NCBI GenBank assembly: GCA_965228855.1
Contig: CBDDIJ010000002.1
Location: forward strand, 416,001-480,000
Direction: 5' to 3'
Length of the DNA: 64,000 nucleotides
From: Candidatus Obscuribacterales bacterium
Lineage (GTDB): Bacteria > Cyanobacteriota > Vampirovibrionia > Obscuribacterales > Obscuribacteraceae
Shown: piece by piece, positions 53,530-63,800 of the stretch
Numbering within the stretch: the stretch's first letter is position 1
How the letters are laid out: each line of letters starts with the position of its first letter
Notes under the pieces: generated by a model
Database searches by the model: none
What the model saw: the letters and a program-made list of their open reading frames with translations, nothing else
What the model was told of the DNA's origin: nothing
Position numbers and translations under genes: made by a program

Positions 53530-54516
53530 ATGTCGAACATCTTTTCGCGCCTCGGGCTCGGCGCAGACTCAGAGTCCCCGGCTTTGCTCGATGAGGACGT
53601 CGACGCCCGTATCGACGATATCCTCAGGCAATCGGGCGAAGGCTTCGTGGCAATCGGCTTCCGGTCTCGGTCGTTCCGCACCGGTTCTCGACGCACGATC
53701 TTCACGGGACCGTCCGGCGACTTCTACAAAACCGCAGAATACGTCCCCGGCGAGCACGAGCAGCGTCAAATCATGGGGCGTGCCACCGCTCGAACGGGAG
53801 GGCGACAGAAGGTCGTCAAAATTTGCCGCCCGGACGCGCAAACGACGGTCTACATGCTCGCCGACGTCAACCGCACGCTCGACTTCGGTCACAGCCGGGA
53901 GAGCAAGCTGCAACTGATGGCACGCTGCGCCGCCACCGTCTGTCTCTCCTTGCAGGAGACGCAGGATCTGGTGAAGGCGGCTCTCTATGCCAACGAAAGC
54001 GTGGCTTACAGCATGCCGCGCGCCAAGATTCCGAATCTGGCCGTCCGCCACATCATCCGCGAGATCATCGACCCGGTGCACTCGACCGGCAAGCTGGATT
54101 CCGGTCTCGAAGAGGCGCTTCGCATCGTGCCGGCCTCCGGTCAGCGTGAGGTCGTCATCCTGTCCGACTTCCTCAACACGACCGAACAGCAGTACCAGGC
54201 GCTCGCCGACCTCGCCCGCCTCAACAACGTGCGCGCAGTCGTCATCCAGGACATCCGAGAGCGCGAGCTTCCCGATAAGGGCGGCTTCATCCCGCGCCCG
54301 CTCAAAGTGTTCGACATGACGACCGGCAAACAAGTCACCTGGTGGCTCACCGAGTCGAACCGGCGCAAGTACACAGCCGAGTTCGAAGCGCATGAGGAAG
54401 CGCTCAAAGCATTTTTCGAAGAGAACCTCATCCGGTACGAAATCGTCCGGACCGACGATGAGGACTCGGTTCCCAAAGTCATCGGGTTGCTCAGCAGCCC
54501 TCCCCTTCTTAGCTAA
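53530..54516 (+). CDS. DUF58 family (vWA-like) protein
   Basis: GDF..AEYVPG..R.I..ATAR, ILSDFL, D..E; follows moxR. Confidence 0.8.
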   Translation: MSNIFSRLGLGADSESPALLDEDVDARIDDILRQSGEGFVAIGFRSRSFRTGSRRTIFTGPSGDFYKTAEYVPGEHEQRQIMGRATARTGGRQKVVKICRPDAQTTVYMLADVNRTLDFGHSRESKLQLMARCAATVCLSLQETQDLVKAALYANESVAYSMPRAKIPNLAVRHIIREIIDPVHSTGKLDSGLEEALRIVPASGQREVVILSDFLNTTEQQYQALADLARLNNVRAVVIQDIRERELPDKGGFIPRPLKVFDMTTGKQVTWWLTESNRRKYTAEFEAHEEALKAFFEENLIRYEIVRTDDEDSVPKVIGLLSSPPLLS

Positions 54517-54526
54517 GGAGATTCGT

Positions 54527-55642
54527 ATGAAGAACAAAGCTCTTTACCTGGGCGCGCTCCTGAGCTGGCTTCTCATGCCGGTTCTCGCGCAAGCGCAGAT
54601 CACTCCGCCACCACGGGCGACGCCCGCGGAAGTGAAGCGCGGCTGGTTCGAAAACCGACGCATCATGATCGAGGTCCGCACCGACAGCGCCTTCGCCCCC
54701 ACAGGCGAAGGACTGCGCCCCGGAGCGCCCTCGACGTTTCCATTCGGCGAGCACTTCGGCATCCGCATCGGCAACGTCGTTCCGATGCGCGTCAACGTCT
54801 ATGTCCTCAAACCGCAGCAGGGCGAACGCAAGATCGACATCGACTTCAATCCCCTGAAGGCTGGCCGCCTGTCTATCGACCCGAATCCGGATCCGGACTT
54901 CCGCCTCGTGTCGCCCCAACTGCTTCCGAAAGGCGAGACGCCGGTTTCCATGGCAGCCGCCAAAGAAGTGAAACTTCAACTCGGCGACAACGAATACGAC
55001 GCCGAGCTGTATGAAATCCGGCTCTACGTGCAGACTATGCGCCAGCCCCAGCCGATGCGCTTCGCCATCGAGTTCGCCTACGCGGCAAGCGAAGTCAACG
55101 GCGCTCCGGACTGGAAGCGCATCTGGACGCCGGACTTCATCCTCTCGATGTCGAAGACCGCCGACGACGGTTCAGACCTCTCCGCCGGCAACACTAACTA
55201 CGAGGCTCAGCACCCGCCGTTCACCGCCGGGCTGTTCTTCGTAATCCTGGGCACGATCTGGGTGATTACGCCAATCAGCTACATCGCCATTCGGGCGATT
55301 CGACGCAAACTCATGAAGGAGCGGCTACTCGACCCAGAGGAGCTTGCCTGGCTGAAGCTGGAACCAATCTTCGCATCCGCCCGGGTCGAAAACGGTTATC
55401 GCTTCAGTGAGTCGCAGGTTCGCGGTGTGGTGGGCACGGTTTTGCAGTACGTCGGAAAGCCGACACTCACCTCCCGACAGCTCGACTCGCTCGTTTACGA
55501 AGACGACGACGGCGAGTTGCTCATTGCGATTTTGCGACCGCTCCTCGAAGGTGTCATGGAAGGCAAGCTCAAAGAGCCGCTTAGCGCCGAAACCGGCGCG
55601 CGCATCGTCGAACGCATCGGTCAATTGATTCCGCGAGCATAA
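54527..55642 (+). CDS. Secreted/membrane protein (BatD-like position)
   Basis: Signal peptide, beta-rich domain, TM helix, C-terminal helical domain; AAGGAG RBS. Confidence 0.65.
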   Translation: MKNKALYLGALLSWLLMPVLAQAQITPPPRATPAEVKRGWFENRRIMIEVRTDSAFAPTGEGLRPGAPSTFPFGEHFGIRIGNVVPMRVNVYVLKPQQGERKIDIDFNPLKAGRLSIDPNPDPDFRLVSPQLLPKGETPVSMAAAKEVKLQLGDNEYDAELYEIRLYVQTMRQPQPMRFAIEFAYAASEVNGAPDWKRIWTPDFILSMSKTADDGSDLSAGNTNYEAQHPPFTAGLFFVILGTIWVITPISYIAIRAIRRKLMKERLLDPEELAWLKLEPIFASARVENGYRFSESQVRGVVGTVLQYVGKPTLTSRQLDSLVYEDDDGELLIAILRPLLEGVMEGKLKEPLSAETGARIVERIGQLIPRA

Positions 55643-55795
55643 ATGTTTTTCCCAGCAGGCGAATCATGGAAGCGGCGCTTGTTGCGCCGCTTTCCATGCC
55701 TGCTTATTGGATAGATCCTGATCATAGTGAGGAGCAATTGCCGCGGCTTTGCAGCGCGGTCCCTTTGCGTCTCACGATTTCCAAAGGAATTTCTG

Positions 55796-57436
55796 ATGAA
55801 ACCTTCCAAGATTCTCGGTGGTGGTATCACCGGAGCAATCGCGCTCCTCGTGACGCTCGCCGGGTCGAGCTTCGCGCAGACGCCGACGCCGGCCGCGCCG
55901 TCCATGCACGAGCTGCTTCAGGGAATGAAGTTCCCTCTGGCCGTGCCGGTTCCGGAGAAGCCGGATCCACTTCGATTGTATAAAGAGGCGATTGATACGA
56001 TTGCAAAACAACACATCGCGCTGGCCGGCTACGCCGAGCCGGAAGCGACCCAGGTCGAGACCATGGTCAACGGTTGGTTGGGCCGACCGTCCCGGGCTCG
56101 CAAGACTAAGATGGACGCTTTTCTCGAGAAGTGGGGAACGCCGCCTCGCGAGCTGAAGACACTCGACGACGCCGATACGGCTATTCAAGAGGCGCTCAAA
56201 GACCTCGATTTCCGCTTCGACTCCTACCTCGTCCCCAAGGACGTGAAGCTCGAAGACAAGCGAATCGACAACACCAACATCGGTATCGGCGTCATCTTGA
56301 AGCTCGAGGGCATGCAGGAGCTGCTCAAGAGTCTTCCCCAGGATGCCACCGAAGAACAAGTCGACAAGGTGCTCGTCATCTCCGAGAAGAACTTCCTCTC
56401 CGCCAAGCCGGTCCGTAACAGTCCGGCGGAGAAGGGCGGGATGCTCGATGGCGACGTCATCAAAGAAGTCGCCGGCAAAGCCATTCTCGGGATGCAGTAC
56501 ACCGAGGTGATGAAGCTCATTCGGGGCAAGCAGGGCACCAAAGTCGATATCACTGTCGAGCGGGTGGAGAGCGGCAGTAAAATCACCAAGAAGCTCACCA
56601 TCACTCGTGATGAGTACGAGGTTCCGGTAGTGACGTTGAAGCATGTCGGCAACGACGTCTGGCATCTGCATCTGGAAACCTTCGCTGCCCGCAACGCCGC
56701 CAAGGATGTGAAAGAAGCGCTGGACGAGGTCGTGAAGAAAGGCGGCAAAGCCCTGATCTTCGACCTGCGCGACAATGGCGGCGGCTTGGTCGACCAGGCA
56801 ATCGATATCGCCACGTACATGCTGCCGGAAGGCACCATCGTCACGCAGCAGCAAAGGCTGTTCGGCGGTCCCGGTGTGGTCGAGACCCAGAGTCACGTCA
56901 CCAAGCACGTCATGCTCGAGACTCGCCCGCAACCCAACGGGCAGTTGCCGGTAATCAAACCGCGCACGCTGGCAGTGCCAGCTGACATGCCCATCGTCGT
57001 GCTTGTAAACGGACACAGCGCCTCCGCATCGGAACTCGTGTCCGGTGCGCTCAAGTTCAACAAGCGTGCGAAGCTCGTCGGTACGCGCACCTTCGGCAAA
57101 GGCGTCGGTCAGGCGCTTCTAGATCTGCCCTATGGTCGGCGACTGCACGTCACTTCGTTCTACTTCTTGCCTGACGACCAGTTTACCGACTGGGTCGGTA
57201 TCGAGGTAGACGTGGAGTCGAAGCTGGCCGACGATGCGAAGAAGGACACCCAGCTCGAAGACGCCGTCAAGGTCGTCACCGAGATGTACGAAAATGGCGT
57301 GCAGGAGCGAGCCGCCAACGCCAAACGCGAAGAGGAGATTCGCAAGCTCAATCGTGAGCTGTGGCAGAAACGCCTGGAGCGCCAGAAGGAGATGGAGGAA
57401 GCGCTCAAGAAGAAAGAAGCGAAGCCCTCGAAGTAA
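55796..57436 (+). CDS. S41 carboxy-terminal processing protease with PDZ domain
   Basis: GIGV, SPAEKGG, DLRDNGGG, SASASE, TFGKG. Confidence 0.9.
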   Translation: MKPSKILGGGITGAIALLVTLAGSSFAQTPTPAAPSMHELLQGMKFPLAVPVPEKPDPLRLYKEAIDTIAKQHIALAGYAEPEATQVETMVNGWLGRPSRARKTKMDAFLEKWGTPPRELKTLDDADTAIQEALKDLDFRFDSYLVPKDVKLEDKRIDNTNIGIGVILKLEGMQELLKSLPQDATEEQVDKVLVISEKNFLSAKPVRNSPAEKGGMLDGDVIKEVAGKAILGMQYTEVMKLIRGKQGTKVDITVERVESGSKITKKLTITRDEYEVPVVTLKHVGNDVWHLHLETFAARNAAKDVKEALDEVVKKGGKALIFDLRDNGGGLVDQAIDIATYMLPEGTIVTQQQRLFGGPGVVETQSHVTKHVMLETRPQPNGQLPVIKPRTLAVPADMPIVVLVNGHSASASELVSGALKFNKRAKLVGTRTFGKGVGQALLDLPYGRRLHVTSFYFLPDDQFTDWVGIEVDVESKLADDAKKDTQLEDAVKVVTEMYENGVQERAANAKREEEIRKLNRELWQKRLERQKEMEEALKKKEAKPSK

Positions 57437-57521
57437 CTCCGGGACTTCGCGCGCGTTGATTTCTCACTGACACGGGGAGCCGCATTCTATGCGGTTCCCC
57501 CTTCTCATAAAGGAAACACCT

Positions 57522-59057
57522 ATGTCGAAACGACACACGTTTGCGCGCGCTACCAGGCGCGCCCGGGCTTACAACGCCACGCTGGCGTTGCGCGCCATTG
57601 GGCTCGGTCTCGTCGTGACGCCGATTATCGTATTGGCACTCTTCTGGGCCGGACGACCTTCACCTGTCGCACCGCCTCCACGTGTCGGGGTGGCACTCGT
57701 CTCGGAATTCGCCCCCAGCGCCACTGCCCAGGATCTGTCGAAGGTCTTCAAAGACGTCGCGCTGTCTACCGAGACGCGCTTCATCGAGCGCGACAAGGTC
57801 GTGCCCACGCTCGCGAGAATGCGCAAGGAGTACAAGGACGGTGCTCTGCAAAGCAAGCAGCAACTCGACCAGGCGCTCGTGGACTACCTCTCCACTCTCA
57901 ACGACCGCTACGCCACGGTCATGTCGACCCAGGAATACATCGACCTTATGGTCGGTATGTCCGGGCAGCAGGTCGGCGTGGAGCTCAACTTCACCCAGGA
58001 TTCGGCGACCGGCAACTGGGTTGTTCAGCAGATGGCGAAGGACGGACCTGCGGCCCAAGCCGGAATTCAGGTGGGCGACCTGCTGGTCTCCATCGAGGGC
58101 TACCATGTCGAGGAACTGAAGAAGATCGGAAACGTCGGGGAGCTCTCGCAGTTTCTGCTCTCGCAAGCGGGCGTTCTGGGCAGCAAAGCCAAGATTACGC
58201 TGCGGCGGGGAGGCGATGTTTTCGACTTCGAAGTCGAGCGCACTATCATCAAAACCCTCCCTGCCATCGCGGTCCGCGACATGGACGGCGGCTTCGACGA
58301 GGAGGCAGCGATGATGGGCTTTCCGAGCGGAATCTCATCGGACGGACAGTACATCAAGGTCAGCCACATGGATGGTGACAACTTCTTGAGAGAACTGGAA
58401 GGTATTGTCAACAAGCTGGTCGAAGACGGCGTTCCCGGTGTTGTACTCGACCTGGCCGATGTGACAGGTGGCAACGGAGACGTCGCCATCCAGGCAGCGG
58501 CGCTGTTTATCGACTCCGGCGTGATCGCTCACTGCATCAAAAACGTTGAGGGTGATGCCATCGAGATGAGCACCTACAGCGTTCGCGACCACAAAGTGTA
58601 CCGGAGCGTGCGCGGTCCATTCCGCAAAGCACCTGACGGCAAGCTCGTTGCGGACGAAAGCGTCAAGGAGTCAGAAGAGGCTTTGCCCTGGAAAGCCGGC
58701 GTGTTCAAGGGCGAAGTGGTGGTGGGAGTCAACGGTGGCACTCAGGGAGCAGCGGAGCTTCTCGCCGGAGCCATTCAGAAGAACAAACACACCATGGTCG
58801 TCGGGACTGACGTGACCTTCGGCAAGGGCATGACGGTGACTTACTTTCCGGTTTCGCCGGATCACGTCGTGCGATTCTCGACCGCGGTCTACCTGCAGCC
58901 TGACGGAGCGTCAATCGAAAAGCGAGGCATTATGCCGAATGTCGGAGTCCAGGAATTCGAGTACAATCGGGCACTGATGCAGGTGCTCGAGCACCGTCTG
59001 CGAATCGTGCCCTACCCGACGGGACCGGTCAAGCCTGGAACCGGCAGCGACAAGTAG
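57522..59057 (+). CDS. S41/PDZ paralogue lacking the catalytic serine
   Basis: PDZ (GPAAQAGI..GD), DLADVTGG, TQGAAE instead of SASASE, TFGKG, GIMPN. Confidence 0.8.
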   Translation: MSKRHTFARATRRARAYNATLALRAIGLGLVVTPIIVLALFWAGRPSPVAPPPRVGVALVSEFAPSATAQDLSKVFKDVALSTETRFIERDKVVPTLARMRKEYKDGALQSKQQLDQALVDYLSTLNDRYATVMSTQEYIDLMVGMSGQQVGVELNFTQDSATGNWVVQQMAKDGPAAQAGIQVGDLLVSIEGYHVEELKKIGNVGELSQFLLSQAGVLGSKAKITLRRGGDVFDFEVERTIIKTLPAIAVRDMDGGFDEEAAMMGFPSGISSDGQYIKVSHMDGDNFLRELEGIVNKLVEDGVPGVVLDLADVTGGNGDVAIQAAALFIDSGVIAHCIKNVEGDAIEMSTYSVRDHKVYRSVRGPFRKAPDGKLVADESVKESEEALPWKAGVFKGEVVVGVNGGTQGAAELLAGAIQKNKHTMVVGTDVTFGKGMTVTYFPVSPDHVVRFSTAVYLQPDGASIEKRGIMPNVGVQEFEYNRALMQVLEHRLRIVPYPTGPVKPGTGSDK

Positions 59058-59078
59058 TTTGAACGCGACACTACGGGC

Positions 59079-59113
59079 GGTGCCGAGGACGCAATCGCGA
59101 CCTCGGCACCTTT
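59079..59113 (+). terminator. Terminator-like hairpin
   Basis: GGTGCCGAGG...CCTCGGCACC followed by TTT. Confidence 0.65.
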
Positions 59114-59129
59114 GCCCCTCTCCGCTTTG

Positions 59130-59296
59130 CTACTATATGATCTCATGGCACCTCGCTACTATATGATCCCATGGAATCAAAATGCTCAGAGCCGTGATGG
59201 TGATTGGGTTTTTAGAAACGACATGCGCCAGACACAAAGCGTTTGTCTACGACTCATTGACGCTTTTCCGAAAATCCGTCGCTCTCTCGTAGACAG
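59130..59296 (+). repeat. Duplicated CTACTATATGATC plus 54-bp palindrome copy 10
   Basis: Motifs at 59130 and 59156; palindrome TTGTCTACG..GACG..CGTC..CGTAGACAG at 59243-59296. Confidence 0.85.
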
Positions 59297-59733
59297 AGAA
59301 CGACACCACTCTCGGTGGCAGCAGCAATATCTGAGACGCACCGAATTCGCCCCTTCAATAATATTTCGCAGGCTTGGATCTTGAGAATATCAACGTGCTT
59401 AGCACTAGCCTCGCGAGCCTCAAGATGCTGTAAACACGTCAACATTAGAGGCTTTCTATCTTGAAGATGTAACCTCTTGATTACTTTACTGGTTTTAAGA
59501 CCCTTCTGAACATTACGTTGCTTGTACACCTCCCTCTCTTATTGCACGTATCGATCAGGACGCAAAACCTCACGCACGACAACTGTTTCTGTTCACGCTC
59601 GATTTACCGATCGCAGCGTCCAGAGCCGTTCCCTGATCGCGTGTACTTCATTGGCTCGACGCCCGGACAGCAGTTGCAAAACCGGAGGTTGGTTTTGCTG
59701 TCTGGCTCGTCGTCCTAACCGAAAGGAGCACCT

Positions 59734-60726
59734 ATGGATAAACCGCAAGCTCAACCCGGTCTCGGCTGGGTCGAACGTTTCATCGGCGGAAGCAAGCAAG
59801 CCGAAGCCGCGTTCATCGCGCAAGCCATGAACGATATTCATGTGGTCCAGCGCCGCAACCAGAAAACCGGTCAGGCCGAACGTGCTGCCCGCGCTTTCCA
59901 CGCCAAGATCCAGGCCGGCATCACCAACGCCGAGTTCGTGATCTTGCCGGATGCGCCTCGCGAGCTCGTCTCGAAATTCATCGTGCCCGGTCGCCGTTAT
60001 GCAGCCAGTCTGCGCTTCTCCAACGCGTCGGGCGTCATTCAGCCTGACACGAAGGGCGACCTGCGCGGTCTGGCTGTCGAAGTGAAAACCGAAGATGGCG
60101 TTCAACACTTCCTCGGCACCAACGGCGCCGGCTCGCACGCTCGAGACGCGCGTCAATTCATCGAGTTCGCCAAGGCGGCCTCCGGCTCGAAACTCCTGAT
60201 GTTTCCTCGTCTTCTGTGGAACGTCGGACCGTTCGAGATGGTGCGCATGCTGCGCACAGTGATCGGTCAGGTCAAACGCCCCATCGCCAGCCTGGCTACC
60301 GAGAGCTATTTCAGTCGTTCCGCATTCGCGTTCGGCGCCTACGCTCTCAAGTTCCAGTTCACTCCGCGCGAGAGCGTGGACGTGAGCACGGCCAAGTCGG
60401 ACTCGTTCCTGCGAGACGACCTGGTGGAGCGCCTTCGCCGCGGTCGCATCGTCTTCGACTTCCAGGTCCAGTACTTCTCCAACGAGAAGGAAACCCCGGT
60501 CGAGGACGGAAGCGCGATCTGGCCGACCCGGCTCATCACCATCGCCCAGCTGATCATCCCTCAGCAAGACCTGCTTTCCGAAGACGCGCTCGCGGCTCAG
60601 AAGCTGGTCGAGGAGATCGAATTCAGCCCGTGGAAGACCCCGGGCTTCATCAGGCCTCTGGGCAGCCTGAACCGCGCACGCCGCTCCGTGTATCGGGCGA
60701 GCGTCCAACTCAGGAAGGGACTCTGA
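59734..60726 (+). CDS. Short catalase-related haemoprotein
   Basis: RAFHAK (distal His), RFSN, DLRGLAV, GTN, RPLGSLNRARRSVY (proximal Tyr); only 330 aa. Confidence 0.85.
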   Translation: MDKPQAQPGLGWVERFIGGSKQAEAAFIAQAMNDIHVVQRRNQKTGQAERAARAFHAKIQAGITNAEFVILPDAPRELVSKFIVPGRRYAASLRFSNASGVIQPDTKGDLRGLAVEVKTEDGVQHFLGTNGAGSHARDARQFIEFAKAASGSKLLMFPRLLWNVGPFEMVRMLRTVIGQVKRPIASLATESYFSRSAFAFGAYALKFQFTPRESVDVSTAKSDSFLRDDLVERLRRGRIVFDFQVQYFSNEKETPVEDGSAIWPTRLITIAQLIIPQQDLLSEDALAAQKLVEEIEFSPWKTPGFIRPLGSLNRARRSVYRASVQLRKGL

Positions 60727-60852
60727 GTCTGTAAAGACAGGGTTCAGCAACCGCACTCCGGATGCGGCAGGCCATGCCTTGCCGCGTTCGGGATGCCGCG
60801 CAGTCTGTTTAAACCTCGATCCCAAACATCCTACTACGACGAAGGATTTCTC

Positions 60853-63800
60853 ATGAGCGACAATCCGATTCAAAACGGTGCAGAAGGCACCCACGGCGGC
60901 GACTCCCGACGATGCCCCATGCATCAGGGCGCCGCACCGGACAACACCACGGGCGGTGCCGCAGGCACGCCCACCGATCAACAGAACGAGAGCCGCTGTC
61001 CGTTCACGCGCGCGAAGAACAAGCTCGGAAGCCTGGTCTGGCGTCCCGACTCCAAGCGCGTCGGCATCGGTCTGTTCGAGTACATCTTCCTCAACGCGTT
61101 CTATTACCTGATGGAAACGGCGAACCGGGCCCTCTCCCGCAACCCGTACCGCAAGGTCTCCTGGGACAAGTGGCCGGCATCGCTCGCACAGCTCTACCTG
61201 CTGGCGAAGATCTGGTACAACCGCACCAACGCGATCACCGACCCCTACGACTACGCGGCCAACGACACCGTGGAACTCGGCAAGCCGCCGGCTTCGGTGA
61301 AGGATAACATCGCGACCGACGGCACCTGGGTCTCGGACGACGAGAACCCGCAGATGGGCGCTGCCAACACCCGCTTCGGGTCGAACATTCCGCCCAAGAA
61401 AGTGCGCCCGGACGTCGAGAACATGACGCCGTCCGCTCGCGAAGCCGGCAAGCTGCGCTGGCGCCGCATCGACCCCGAGACAGGCAAGGAAATCACCGTC
61501 TACGCCATGATTCTGAACGACATGGCCGGCGGCTGGATTCAGTTCCAGTTCCACGGCTTCGGCGGCAACACCATGCGCGACCCGGTCAGCGTCTGCCCGC
61601 ACATCATGAAGCGCGAGCCGCACGACAACTGGCCGGGTGGTGAAGCGAAGATCGATCGCACTTCGGTCGATCACACTCGCATCACCGACAACGGGCGTCC
61701 GACGCCGATCAACGAACGTGTGCAAGCGTGGATTCAGGGCGAGATCTACGGGACGTCCGAAGAAGAGCTGAAGCCTCTGCGCGCCTTCAAGGGCGGGCTG
61801 ATGCTTATCGAGGACGACGGTCGCCTGCCTGCGGACCCGAAGCGTCCGGGCGTCGACCTGACGGGCTTCAACAACAACTTCAACCCGCTGCTCAGCTTCC
61901 TGCACTGGCTGTTCGTCAGCGAGCACAACGCCATCGCCGCTTACTACGCCTCCTTCCATCCGGATTGGGACGACGAGCGCCTCTTCCAGATGGCTCGCCG
62001 CACCAACATCGCGCAGATTGCTCGCATCCACACGATCCAGTGGACCGAGGACCTGCTCCAGCACCCGGCTCTGCAGATCGGCATGCACACCGACTGGTAC
62101 GGTCTGATCGGACCGCGCAAGAAGATGTGGCTGATGCGCATGTGCCACCGCTATCCCTGGGTGGAACGCCTGACTCGCCGCCTGCGAAGCAGCGACCTTC
62201 TCTTCGGAATGCCCGGCTCCAAGTGGGATCACCACGAGGGTCCGTACCAGGTTCCGAAGCACTTCCGCATGGTCTATCGTCTCCACGAGATGATTCTCGG
62301 CGAGACGGAGATTTGCGAACCGGGCACGGATCGGCTGATCGAGCGCGTCAAGCTGCTCGACTTCGTGATGCACAACACCCGGGCGCAGGTGCAGAAGTTC
62401 GGATATGAAACGCTCGCCTGGTCGTTCGTCCGCAAGTCCTGCGGCGCGCTCGTTCCGCACAACGTCGCTCGCGCGATGACGCAGTTCGAGAACCAGCAGG
62501 ACGGAACGCTCACCGACATTTGCGAGCGCGACATCTTCCGCGAGCGCACCGACGGCACCGGCACCTACAACGAATTCCGGCAGTCGGTCGGAGAGCCGCC
62601 CGTCACGAGCTTCCTGGAACTGACCGGCGGCGACGCCGAAATGGCCAGGGAGCTGTCGATCAAGTACGACGGCGACGTGGACGCAGTCGACTCGGGCATC
62701 GGCATCCTGGTCGAGCCGAAGCCCGCGGGCTTCGCGCTGGGCTTCTGCCAGTTCTATCAGTTCGTGCTCAACGCTCCTCGTCGAGTGAAGAGCAACCGTC
62801 ACCTGACCGAGCTGTTCACCTACGAGTACTACAAGGAGGGCATGAACTGGGTCGAGCACGGTGGTGGCATGCTCGGTGCCATGCATCGTCACCTGCCCAA
62901 GATGCGTCCGCTCATGGAAGGCGTCACCCGTGCGTTCGCGCCCTGGAAGGATACGGAAACCTTCCCGCATCGCCAGCTCCAGGAGTTGCACACTCACACG
63001 GCCAACGTCTTCAAGTCCGACATGGCCACCCTGGGTCTGGGCATCCTCACCGCGATCGCCGCGGTCCGGACGGGCGCGGTTCCGCTTTCAACCGCGGTAC
63101 TGCTGCTGGTGGCAATCACGCTCATCCCCACAGCGCTCACCGTGAGGCGTATGGCTGCGATGCGCTTCCTTCAGCTCTGCTGGAAGAAGTGCTATACGGA
63201 CAAGCGCCACTTCATGTTCGGCACGCTCGAACGCGCTGAGAACTCGATGAACAGCGCCGCCCGCTTCGGCTGCGCACATGCCGTGGCGGTGACTTACATC
63301 TCGCTGTTCCTGGCCTGGGTGTTCTTCGCCACACACCCACTCACATCCGTCCTGCTGCTTGCCGTCGCCGTCTCCGGACTGCGGGTGCGCAAGTGGTCGA
63401 ACGCATTTGCGCACGACGCGCAGGTGCTCAAGATCGCGCTGCGCAATCGCATGCGCGAAGAGGGTGAAACACCGGCAATCGTCGAAGAGCTGCCGGGCAA
63501 CACGCACAAGCAGAAGCGCTCACGCTTCCTGTCGGTCAGCGGAGCTTCGACATTCGACCTGTCCTCCACGCGCATCTATGCGCAGGATGGCAACGTCGAC
63601 ATGGCGGAATTCGACCTGATGTGCCGCATGTACGCGCCCGGCCGCGACTACTTCACCAGCTACGACTTCGCTCGTATGCGCGAGGGCAACAGCCATCGCG
63701 ACGCCGACGAGGGTCGTGGCAACTGGCTGTCGCGCCTGTTCGGACGCCTGTCCGCCAAGCGCACTGCCGACCAGCTCATGCTCCAATTCGGCGACCGCAT

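Noticed and set aside
59593..62997. 1134-aa minus-strand ORF (also 124-1566, 2446-3651, 36921-38165, 55772-57016 and similar)
   Set aside because: Antisense shadows of genes with strong G/C-ending codon bias; they have no motifs, while the opposite strand encodes recognisable proteins.
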